The position numbers were made by a program, and so were the translations under genes. Below the pieces are notes generated by a model. That model ran no database searches, had not been told where the DNA came from, and saw nothing but the letters and a program-made list of their open reading frames with translations. Below, piece after piece: positions 1 to 7,569 of a DNA stretch of 64,000 bases. Position 1 is the first letter of the stretch; each line of letters opens with the position of its first letter. Source of the DNA: Bacteroidaceae bacterium (GTDB lineage: Bacteria; Bacteroidota; Bacteroidia; Bacteroidales; Barnesiellaceae_A); the NCBI GenBank assembly GCA_017522135.1, contig JAFXAB010000029.1:3610-67609 (forward strand). The letters run 5' to 3'.

Positions 1-774
1 CAGTCCGGTGCATTCACTGAAAGCATAACTTGGTATTGTCGTTACTTTATCGCCAATATTGATTGTGGAAAGATTGGAACATCTCATAAATACAGAATAA
101 GACAATGATGCTCCAGTTGTAATACAATTCTCTGCATTAAAGTTTACGGTAGTCAGTTTGGTGCAACTACCGAAAGCAGCCTTACCTATCGAAGTAACAC
201 TGTTAGGGATAGTAACAGATGTCAAGCCTTCGCAATAATAGAAAGCATGCTGACCTATCGAAGTGACACTATTTCCCATAATAACAGATGTCAATTTATT
301 GCAACTGCGAAATGCAAAATCACCTATCGAAGTTACACTGTTAGGGATAGTAACTGAAGTCAGTCCGGTGCAATCAGTGAAAGCACTATGACCTATCGAA
401 GTAACACTATTACCCAGCGTAATCGATGTCAATCCGGTGCAATTTTGGAAAGCATTCTGACCTATCGAAGTAACACTATTGGGGATAGTAATAGAAGTCA
501 ATCCGGTGTGATAACGGAAAGCATACTGACCTATCGAAGTGATGCTATAATCTACTTCTTCGTACGATACAGTTTCGGGTATTACTACCGAACCGCTGTA
601 TTTGTATTCTTCGGGTACATTATATTGATCCTCACCATAATAAGTTACCGCTACTTCATTCTCGGCTGTAATTTGATAATAAATACCATCGACCTCGAAG
701 TCGTGGGCCTGAATACCGATACTGCACAATAGGCATGCTATCGTAAGCAGTGATTTTAAGAGTTTTGTTTTCAT
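1..774 (-). CDS. BspA-type leucine-rich-repeat surface protein, N-terminal part (gene runs off the left edge)
   Basis: The reverse-strand ATG at 774-772 gives MKTKLLKSLLTIACLLCSIGIQAHDFEVDG, which matches 27/30 residues of the N-terminus of the 15232..19179 protein. The frame stays open where I translated it (1-120 gives NIGDKVTTIPSYAFSECTGL...) and has 23-aa/69-nt LRR periodicity. The + strand ORF 388..732 is its shadow. Confidence 0.8.
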   Translation of the reverse strand, partial: MKTKLLKSLLTIACLLCSIGIQAHDFEVDGIYYQITAENEVAVTYYGEDQYNVPEEYKYSGSVVIPETVSYEEVDYSITSIGQYAFRYHTGLTSITIPNSVTSIGQNAFQNCTGLTSITLGNSVTSIGHSAFTDCTGLTSVTIPNSVTSIGDFAFRSCNKLTSVIMGNSVTSIGQHAFYYCEGLTSVTIPNSVTSIGKAAFGSCTKLTTVNFNAENCITTGASLSYSVFMRCSNLSTINIGDKVTTIPSYAFSECTGL

Positions 775-1170
775 TTTTGTTGGGTTTATTAGGTTAGTAA
801 TAATTGTAAGCCTTAGGCTTGTCCTCCCAATCTCCCAACTTGGACGTGATTTTGTTTTTGCGCTCCGTTTCGCTGACAATAGGATATAAAAAAGGTGTGG
901 AGATTGCACCGTCTTATCCTCATATCAGGTCTTGGCGTACCTATGCAACAGACAAGACAACAGCCCCACACCGGTACAGCTATAACAAACTACTTGTATA
1001 GTAGTATTATAGACAATCGGTGTAGGTGCTACCGTCTATCATCTTCGTTGCATTACAAACCGCCAAGTTCGATATGAGAAGATAATATCAATAACACCTA
1101 ATTAAATAAAGCACAATGCAGGGACTGTCGCTACAATCCGTCGTAGCATTGAACTACAAAGTTATGAAAT
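775..1170 (-). promoter_or_regulatory. Promoter plus conserved long 5' leader of the BspA-like gene (copy A of a duplicated upstream region)
   Basis: A TAACTTTG (TAnnTTTG) -7 box lies on the minus strand at 1157-1164. An 87-nt block (1079-1165) differs at only 2 positions from 19495-19581. Further conserved blocks (821-845, 881-925, 955-973, 1017-1047) are separated by unrelated sequence. Confidence 0.55.
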
Positions 1171-1261
1171 AATTAATATGAAAAGCAAGAATGGTGTAAA
1201 AAATTCATGCAACTATATTTTTAGCAACCATGTGCGGACGTAATTTTATCGCATTTTTATT

Positions 1262-1870
1262 AGGCGTGAGTAGGGACACAATTGTATTGTGTCCGCAAAA
1301 ATACGATAGGATTTTATTGGGATCAGAATATTTGTTTTAGACATAAGTACATAAGAACATAAATTTTGCATGCGAGTCTTATACTCTTATGTCTTAATAA
1401 ATTATCCTTATGTCTGTTACGCGGACGCAATAAAATTGCGTGCCCTACGTGCGTGCTTCGCACGAGTTTTTGTCTCGCGATGGTAACCACGCCGATGGTA
1501 ACCTTTTCTCCCCATGTGTTTTACGCACGGAAAATATAGGGGGAGTGGCTGCAAGCCGAGGGGGTTGGAGGAAGACACCATACGTAGGGATGTCAATTAA
1601 CCCTTCAGTCACTTGTGTGACAGTTGTCTATCGACCAAGTTGCTCACGCTCGGCATAGCCCATGCTAGCACGGCTCTGCACTCGCTTAATCGCAACAGTC
1701 CCCTATCTCTACGAGCAGAGGAGGAAGAATATACCACTATCACAGAATATGTTCCTTATGTTCTTATGTCTTAATAAATTACCCTTTTGTCGGGTATGCG
1801 GACACAATAAAATTGTGTCCCTACGTGAGAGGATATCTCACACCCCTCAACCCGTGCTCCGCACGTATTC
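1262..1870. repeat. Cluster of MITE/REP-like hairpin repeats in an 800-bp non-coding gap
   Basis: A ~28-nt palindromic unit GCGGACRCAATAAAATTGYGTSCCTACG occurs at 1421-1449 and 1798-1825 (direct) and at 1270-1296 (inverted, GTAGGGACACAATTGTATTGTGTCCGC). Each unit is embedded in a longer repeat with CTTATGTCTTAATAAATTA (1386-1404, 1763-1781; inverted form near 1339-1362) and a second small hairpin CGTGCTYCGCACG (1452-1464, 1852-1864). Confidence 0.7.
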
Positions 1871-1909
1871 TGCTATGCCTGGGATTTTTTATCGGACACC
1901 AATATTAAT

Positions 1910-1943
1910 AAAAAAAAGGGTCGCACCCATCAAGATGCGACCC
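1910..1943 (-). terminator. Intrinsic terminator downstream of the RCC1-LRR gene
   Basis: The stem is GGGTCGCA (1918-1925) / TGCGACCC (1936-1943). It is followed on the minus strand by a U-tract (A-run 1910-1917). Confidence 0.75.
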
Positions 1944-1980
1944 ATGTACTTGTGAGGAAGTACTACCTATGTAGAAAATT

Positions 1981-4092
1981 TTACTTTCTAACAATCATCT
2001 TCTTGCCACCTACAATGTAGAGACCGTTGCCAAGTACGTCAGCAGCGTTTACACCGGGTTTCAATGTTGTGATGTATTGACCCTTGAAGTTGTATACGTC
2101 GCGAGCTACGTTGTTGTTGGTAGTAATACCTTCTATACCGCTGGCAGCCTTAACGTTGAGTCTCGACCAGTTTGCATCTGATGTGAAGAGTTCTACTGCA
2201 TCATCGGGAACAATGAGAGTGATAACGCTCAAGTCGTTGATGTATTGGAATACATCCCAGAATACCGATGTGGTGAATTGAGGAACTTCACCCTCAAAGC
2301 GAGACCAGTCAATCAAACGGAGTGCTTGGTTGTCACCAAAGAAGAACTTGCCTATAACGAGAGATTTGGGCAAGATGATAGTCTCGATTGAAGTACAGCA
2401 GTCAAACATACTTTCCGATGAAGCGATTACCTCACACTTAGAGATATCGGCCGATTTCAACGATGCACAACCAAAGAAAGCATCTGTGAAGTTGGTCACG
2501 TTTACGCAACCTGTCAAGTCGATAGCTTCCAAGCTTGAGCAGTTTTGGAATGCCGAGCGGAGGCTTACGAAATTGGCGGCTTGGTCGGCAGCAGGCATTT
2601 TTACTGTCTTGATAGAGCGGCAACCTTGGAATACACCATTCATGCTGGTACCCAATTCTACATACATCGAGGTGTTTGCAGCAACAGTTATTTGGCTCAT
2701 ATCTACCTCTTCGATTGTTGTGTTACCTGCAGGGGGGAAACCGCTGTTATTACCAATAGTAGTGGTAAGTGTTTGGAAGTCTTCTGTGCCCCATTCGCCG
2801 GTCAAGATAAGTTTCTTGGCCGATGAAACTGCGGTAGGAATGTTTTCGGCATCAAATGTATATACACCCTCAGTCTCAACAACCTCAGTTGCAAGAATAG
2901 GAGTTGCGCTGAATGTCATTTGGTCGAGTTCTACAAGGTTACCCAATTGGCCACCACGGTTTTTACCCCATGCGTAGATGCGACCTTCTTCGGTGAGTAC
3001 GTTGCTGTAGCATTGACCCGAAGCAAGTTGAGTAATCTTAAGACCCGATTCGAGCTTAACCTCAACGGGGCTGTAAGATATAGGATTTTGAGCAAGGTCT
3101 ATCGATTTGCCTTTGCCATCACCGAGTGCACCATCGTTGTTTGAACCCCAAGCATATACCTTGTTGATAATACCATTTTCACCAACGGCTACGATGCGAG
3201 TTTGCTCACAACCGCTTATGCTTAAGATTTTGCCCTCAACAGCTGTTACTTGGCGAGGTGTGTAGATAGCTGTTGTGTCGTTGCTTTGGTAGCCAAACAA
3301 GAGGTCATCTTGGTTGTTACCCCATGCCCATAGAGTACCGTCTGACTTGAGAGCGTATGAGCTGTAACCTACAGCAAATGTCTTGACCCAATCTTTGGCC
3401 TCACCATATTGCTTGGGTGTCTTAACAAAGAAGCTGCCGGTGCCATCAGTCATGTCGGCGAGTTGGCCTCTTTCGTTCCAACCCCACATCCACAATGAGC
3501 CGTCTTCTTTGATACCCATACCGTGAGCAACACCTATAGTTACCGATGCCCAGTCGGTGTCAGTACCTACTTGTGTGGGAGTAGTTTTGTTGGCAAAACC
3601 GCCCAAACCGAGGGCACACATTTCGCCTTCACCCCAAGCCCACAATGTACCGTCGGTCTTTATAGCCATTGCGCTGAAACCGAAGAAACGTGTAGCTGTC
3701 ACGTATTTCCAATTGCTGTCTGTACCTACTTGTGTAAGGTCTTGGTGGTTTTGTCCGTCACCTACACCTTGTACACCCTTAGTATTCAATCCGGCAGCCC
3801 AAAGAGTACCATCTTCTTTGATAAAGAATGCGTATGAAGAACCGGCGGCTACATAAGTCCACTTCTCAGAGCTTATTTGTTGGGGATAGCCATAGCGTTC
3901 GTTCGAGCCTTTGCCAAGGCCGAGTTGACCGTATTCGTTCCAACCCCAGCCCCACAATGTGCCATCTTGGTCAATAGCATACGTACTTGCATCACCGGCT
4001 GCTACAAATTTCCATGTATGTTCGTAAGCCGATGCGCTCATGAACATTGACAATCCTATTAAGGCTGCCAATAAAGTAAAAATCTTCTTCAT
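1981..4092 (-). CDS. Secreted RCC1-repeat beta-propeller / BspA-type LRR fusion protein with T9SS C-terminal sorting domain
   Basis: 703 aa with signal peptide MKKIFTLLAALIGLSMFMSASA. About seven RCC1-type blades are visible (DGTLWGWGWNEYGQLGLG, DGTLWAWGEGEMCALGLG, KVYAWGSNNDGALGDG, GRIYAWGKNRGGQLGN). LRR_5-like repeats follow (FQGCRSIKTVKMP, FQNCSSLEAIDL, FFGCASLKSADIS). The CTD tail is ...VYNFKGQYITTLKPGVNAADVLGNGLYIVGGKKMIVRK. Confidence 0.85.
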   Translation of the reverse strand: MKKIFTLLAALIGLSMFMSASAYEHTWKFVAAGDASTYAIDQDGTLWGWGWNEYGQLGLGKGSNERYGYPQQISSEKWTYVAAGSSYAFFIKEDGTLWAAGLNTKGVQGVGDGQNHQDLTQVGTDSNWKYVTATRFFGFSAMAIKTDGTLWAWGEGEMCALGLGGFANKTTPTQVGTDTDWASVTIGVAHGMGIKEDGSLWMWGWNERGQLADMTDGTGSFFVKTPKQYGEAKDWVKTFAVGYSSYALKSDGTLWAWGNNQDDLLFGYQSNDTTAIYTPRQVTAVEGKILSISGCEQTRIVAVGENGIINKVYAWGSNNDGALGDGKGKSIDLAQNPISYSPVEVKLESGLKITQLASGQCYSNVLTEEGRIYAWGKNRGGQLGNLVELDQMTFSATPILATEVVETEGVYTFDAENIPTAVSSAKKLILTGEWGTEDFQTLTTTIGNNSGFPPAGNTTIEEVDMSQITVAANTSMYVELGTSMNGVFQGCRSIKTVKMPAADQAANFVSLRSAFQNCSSLEAIDLTGCVNVTNFTDAFFGCASLKSADISKCEVIASSESMFDCCTSIETIILPKSLVIGKFFFGDNQALRLIDWSRFEGEVPQFTTSVFWDVFQYINDLSVITLIVPDDAVELFTSDANWSRLNVKAASGIEGITTNNNVARDVYNFKGQYITTLKPGVNAADVLGNGLYIVGGKKMIVRK

Positions 4093-4121
4093 GTTTGTTC
4101 TTTTTTTAGATATAGATTATA

Positions 4122-5543
4122 TTATTTGATTATTTTCACAGCATTACCATTGCTTGCACGTACAACGTAAATACCATTGCCAAGTGATTGTGCGTCGATT
4201 ACTGTCTCGCCCTTGTTGGCTTGTGCGCTCATAACGAGCTTACCTGAGATGTCATATACACCTACAGTGCATGCCTCGGCACTCATCATAACGATGTTGC
4301 CATTGTATACGCCGGCATTGAATGAGGGTAATCTTAGGGCTTCTACACTGCCATCGAAAGGATTTTCGACACGTGTAAGACCCGATGAGATAACGGGGCA
4401 GATGGCAAAGCTACCATTTCCACCTCCATAGTTCGATATAGGACGGAAGTAATCTATTTCGCCATCAAATCTACCAAAAGAGTTGTGGGCCAACAGATTG
4501 TATTGTTGCTCGGTTGTCAATTCTGCTCCTTTGATGTCGGAGAGCAAGCAGAAGTCCTCTGTGTCGGGGTCTTGTGAGAAGCCTTCGATTGAGACAAAGA
4601 AGTAGGGCTTTCCATAGAGGTCGATGGGTACTTCAAACTCGATGTTGGCTACAGCACCGTCATATGTGAGTGCCCATGCACCATCTTCACCATCCGACTT
4701 GAAATCTTCAAAGGGTATCATTACACCCTCAAGAGGAATATATGTAAAGAGTACGCCTTCGTCTGTGATAGACGGCATCCATACTTGCATTCTTATTTGT
4801 GCACCCTCTTGATATTTGGTGGGTTTGTGGTGGAGGTAGATGTTTACACCATCGAGGTAGGCATCGTCTTGGGCTATCATAAAGAGGTTACCCCAACCTA
4901 CTACTTGTGTGTTGTTTGTACCACCTACATATCCTTTTGCATCACCTTCGTTGTATGTGTTGGCTCCAAACATGTATGTAGCTGTTTGATCCAAGCCACC
5001 GAAGCTGTCATGACGACGCATATCGATAGTGGTAATCTCTACGGTACCACCGGTTTTTATTTTTTCGTTACCTTCGCTCGATGTCATGCTCATGGCCGGA
5101 GTGTATGAGCTGTTTGAGCCGTCGGCATATGTTACGTCGAGAGTAGGCATGTCATAGAGACCCTCTTCGAGATAGTAAGCCTCAATGTTTTGTGTTGTTA
5201 AGTCGGCTGCTACAGCACCGGGTGTGAACCATTGCCATGCAGTAGGGTTGCCTGTCGACATATCGTTATACTTTACAGGTACACCGAGGGGTGCCCACAA
5301 AAATGCTCCATCGTTAATGGCTTTGTGACGAGCCAAAAGGTTACATACAGGCTTGTTTTCGGTCGATTTTGCACCAAGGTTGCGCAATACTTCGGGTGTT
5401 GCATACATGGCACTTGCTTCTGTATCTTGCTCCATGGCAGGGGTGTTGTGTTTTACCTTGCTGAGCAATACGCTTGTTTCTTGTGCCGATACCGAACTCA
5501 TTGCGAACAATGACAATAATGAGATGAGGTAAAATTTTTTCAT
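4122..5543 (-). CDS. Secreted protein of unknown function with T9SS C-terminal sorting domain
   Basis: 473 aa with signal peptide MKKFYLISLLSLFAMSSVSAQ and CTD tail VGVYDISGKLVMSAQANKGETVIDAQSLGNGIYVVRASNGNAVKIIK. It lies 29 nt upstream of the RCC1-LRR gene on the same strand, so the two are a likely operon. Confidence 0.8.
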   Translation of the reverse strand: MKKFYLISLLSLFAMSSVSAQETSVLLSKVKHNTPAMEQDTEASAMYATPEVLRNLGAKSTENKPVCNLLARHKAINDGAFLWAPLGVPVKYNDMSTGNPTAWQWFTPGAVAADLTTQNIEAYYLEEGLYDMPTLDVTYADGSNSSYTPAMSMTSSEGNEKIKTGGTVEITTIDMRRHDSFGGLDQTATYMFGANTYNEGDAKGYVGGTNNTQVVGWGNLFMIAQDDAYLDGVNIYLHHKPTKYQEGAQIRMQVWMPSITDEGVLFTYIPLEGVMIPFEDFKSDGEDGAWALTYDGAVANIEFEVPIDLYGKPYFFVSIEGFSQDPDTEDFCLLSDIKGAELTTEQQYNLLAHNSFGRFDGEIDYFRPISNYGGGNGSFAICPVISSGLTRVENPFDGSVEALRLPSFNAGVYNGNIVMMSAEACTVGVYDISGKLVMSAQANKGETVIDAQSLGNGIYVVRASNGNAVKIIK

Positions 5544-5621
5544 AAATCTTTCTGGTATAAGAGTTAGTTATGTCACATAGTTAGTTTGCAATTGTTGCAA
5601 ATAGTTTCTTAATCACAGCAA

Positions 5622-5629
5622 CAAAAATA
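5622..5629 (-). promoter_or_regulatory. Candidate -7 promoter box (TATTTTTG) for the 5543..1981 cargo operon
   Basis: The minus-strand sequence TATTTTTG matches the Bacteroidota TAnnTTTG consensus. It lies ~80 nt upstream of ATG 5543. Confidence 0.4.
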
Positions 5630-5668
5630 TAATACTTTTTTGGCATGTGCAATACCCTTAATTCTTTT

Positions 5669-5682
5669 TTGATGTACATCAA
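5669..5682. promoter_or_regulatory. Perfect FNR/CRP-family box TTGAT-N4-ATCAA
   Basis: The sequence is TTGATGTACATCAA, at the core of a perfect 22-bp palindrome TTTTTTGATGTACATCAAAAAA (5665-5686). It lies between the Crp/Fnr-family gene and the cargo-operon promoter. Confidence 0.45.
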
Positions 5683-5711
5683 AAAACGGGTAATGTGTTA
5701 TACGACCCGTT
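5680..5711 (-). terminator. Terminator hairpin downstream of the Crp/Fnr-family gene
   Basis: The stem is AACGGGT (5685-5691) / ACCCGTT (5705-5711). It is flanked by an A-run on one side and a T-run on the other, so it could work in both directions. Confidence 0.6.
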
Positions 5712-5754
5712 TTTATTGTGTTAGAGATTAGTGATTTATTCCTTACATGGAGGC

Positions 5755-6333
5755 CTATTTTTCTTTGGCCAATTCGTTGCGCATGCGACTCAGGTGCGAC
5801 TGTGTAATGCCCAGATATGATGCGATGAACCCCAATGGCACCTTTTGGATGATTTCGGGACGATTTTTTATGAGCGACATGTACCGTTCTTTTACGTCAC
5901 CTTTGATTATACGAGACTTGAATTCCTGATAATAGAGTGTACCGTGTGCAAGGCTCAATGCCCATCGTGCAAACTCGTGTGAGGTGGCTATGAGCTCGTC
6001 AAACTTCTCTTTTGATACACGCATCAATACTGTGTCGCAACATGCCTGAAATTGTGAGTAGGAGGGTTGGTTGAAGTAGTAACAGTGCCATGATATAAGT
6101 ACCGAGCCTTTGATGGCAAAGCTGTTGGTCATAATCTTATCGCCTACCTCGTGTGTGCGACGGATGATTCCTTCCTTTACAACATATATGTTAGTGTCTA
6201 TATCGCCACTCTTTATCATGTAGTCATATCGCTTCAGGTGAATTTCTTCCATGCACGCGCAGAACTTATCCATTGTCTCTGCCGACAATTTATATTCTGC
6301 CTCTTCTGCCAGTATTTTCTTGAATTCCTCCAT
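5755..6333 (-). CDS. Crp/Fnr-family transcriptional regulator (cNMP-binding domain + C-terminal HTH)
   Basis: The overall pattern is Crp-like, including the C-terminal HTH ...PLGFIASYLGITQSHLSRMRNEL. I moved the start to ATG 6333 (MEEFKKIL...) because TAnnTTTG boxes (minus strand, 6382-6397) lie inside the longer ORF that starts at 6414. Confidence 0.85.
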   Translation of the reverse strand: MEEFKKILAEEAEYKLSAETMDKFCACMEEIHLKRYDYMIKSGDIDTNIYVVKEGIIRRTHEVGDKIMTNSFAIKGSVLISWHCYYFNQPSYSQFQACCDTVLMRVSKEKFDELIATSHEFARWALSLAHGTLYYQEFKSRIIKGDVKERYMSLIKNRPEIIQKVPLGFIASYLGITQSHLSRMRNELAKEK

Positions 6334-6445
6334 CCTTTTCCCTTTTTTGTATCTAACTATGCCGTGTGTATATATATCTTGCAAAGATACAAATTTAATT
6401 CGTGAATAAGGCAATATATGTGTGTATTATACATTAATAAAATAT

Positions 6446-6471
6446 AAAAGGAGGCTTTCTGCCTCCTTTTT
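6446..6471 (-). terminator. Intrinsic terminator after tdh (bidirectional shape)
   Basis: The stem is AAAAGGAGGC (6446-6455) / GCCTCCTTTT (6461-6470) with loop TTTCT. Confidence 0.75.
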
Positions 6472-6494
6472 GTACTATAAGCGTTGTAAACGCT

Positions 6495-7457
6495 TTACTT
6501 TTCGATACCAAATTTCAGTCTTAATTGCTTGAGCATATCTACTGTCATACTGTCAAGGTCGTATTGGGGTTTCCAATCCCACTCCTCGCGAGCACATGTG
6601 TCATCGAGCGAGTTGGGCCATGAGTCGGCAATGGCTTGACGCAAGGGGTCGTGTTTATACTCCATCTTAAATCCGGGTACATACTCGCATATCTTCTTGT
6701 AGATAATTTCGGGGTCGAAACTCATCGACGTTACGTTGAACGAGTTGCGGTGGATGAGGCGGTCGGGGTTGGCCTCCATAATCTCAATAGCGGCGCGCAA
6801 CGCATCGGGCATATACATCATATCCATAAATGTGCCGGGGTTGAGGGGGCATTGGAATGTCTCTCCTTTTACGGCCGAGTAGTATATATCTACTGCATAG
6901 TCGGTTGTTCCTCCCCCCGGAGGTGTTACGTATGATATAAGACCCGGAAAACGAACTGAACGAGTGTCTACTCCAAATCGACGAGTGTAATAGTCCGAGA
7001 GCATTTCGCCTGTTACCTTGGTTACACCATATATCGTGTCGGGACGTTGTATGGTGTCTTGAGGTGTGCGATCCTTGGGTGTACCTTTACCAAATGAGCC
7101 TATCGAGCTGGGAGTAAACACAGCACAATTCTTTTCGCGTGCTACCTCAAGTGTGTTGAATAGGCCTCCTACGCCTATCTTCCATGCCAATTGGGGCTTG
7201 GCTTCGGCTGTTGCACTCAGCAGTGCCGCAAGGTTGTATATGGTGTCTACTTTATATTTGTCTACGGCATCGGCTATTTGTTGGGCATCAGTAATATCTA
7301 CTTCGGCCGATGGACCGCTTTCGGCCAAAACTCCTTTGGGTTCGGCCCCTTTGATATAACCGGCTACAACATTGCCTCCGGAATACTCCTGACGTAGTTT
7401 CAATGTGAGTTCCGAACCTATCTGACCCGTAGCTCCGATTATGAGAATGTTTTTCAT
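6495..7457 (-). CDS. tdh: L-threonine 3-dehydrogenase, SDR/NAD-dependent epimerase-type
   Basis: 320 aa with an N-terminal GATGQIGS Rossmann motif, a YGVTK catalytic Tyr-x3-Lys, and PPGGGTTDYA. It is transcribed divergently from kbl, which is the usual genomic partner. Confidence 0.8.
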   Translation of the reverse strand: MKNILIIGATGQIGSELTLKLRQEYSGGNVVAGYIKGAEPKGVLAESGPSAEVDITDAQQIADAVDKYKVDTIYNLAALLSATAEAKPQLAWKIGVGGLFNTLEVAREKNCAVFTPSSIGSFGKGTPKDRTPQDTIQRPDTIYGVTKVTGEMLSDYYTRRFGVDTRSVRFPGLISYVTPPGGGTTDYAVDIYYSAVKGETFQCPLNPGTFMDMMYMPDALRAAIEIMEANPDRLIHRNSFNVTSMSFDPEIIYKKICEYVPGFKMEYKHDPLRQAIADSWPNSLDDTCAREEWDWKPQYDLDSMTVDMLKQLRLKFGIEK

Positions 7458-7569
7458 GATTGATATAGTTTTATGATATATTGTTTAATTTTTATTTTGC
7501 AAATATAGTTTTTTCCCGAAAAATAGCTAATTTTGGAGCAAAGAAATTTCAATTTTAATTCTAATAATT

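Noticed and set aside
775-1170. An invertible (phase-variable) promoter upstream of the BspA-like genes.
   Set aside because: The inverted repeats seen are only 6-9 bp and enclose ~60-70 bp. There is no tyrosine or serine recombinase gene nearby, and the TAnnTTTG box is in the ON orientation in both copies.
1440-1955. ORFs 1440..1658 (72 aa) and 1662..1955 (97 aa) as genes in the repeat-rich gap.
   Set aside because: They have no recognisable family, an odd composition (Cys/Arg/Pro-rich) and no promoter boxes. They run straight through the palindromic repeat units and the RCC1-gene terminator.
5755-6414. Longer N-terminal extensions given by the ORF track for the crp-like gene (6414), argR (10768), glucokinase (22107), rho (13151), the class-B gene (35572 GTG), the class-C paralog (40939 TTG) and DUF695 (62032).
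   Set aside because: In each case the extension contains the gene's own TAnnTTTG box or an upstream terminator or hairpin. An internal Met also gives the expected family N-terminus or a proper signal peptide.
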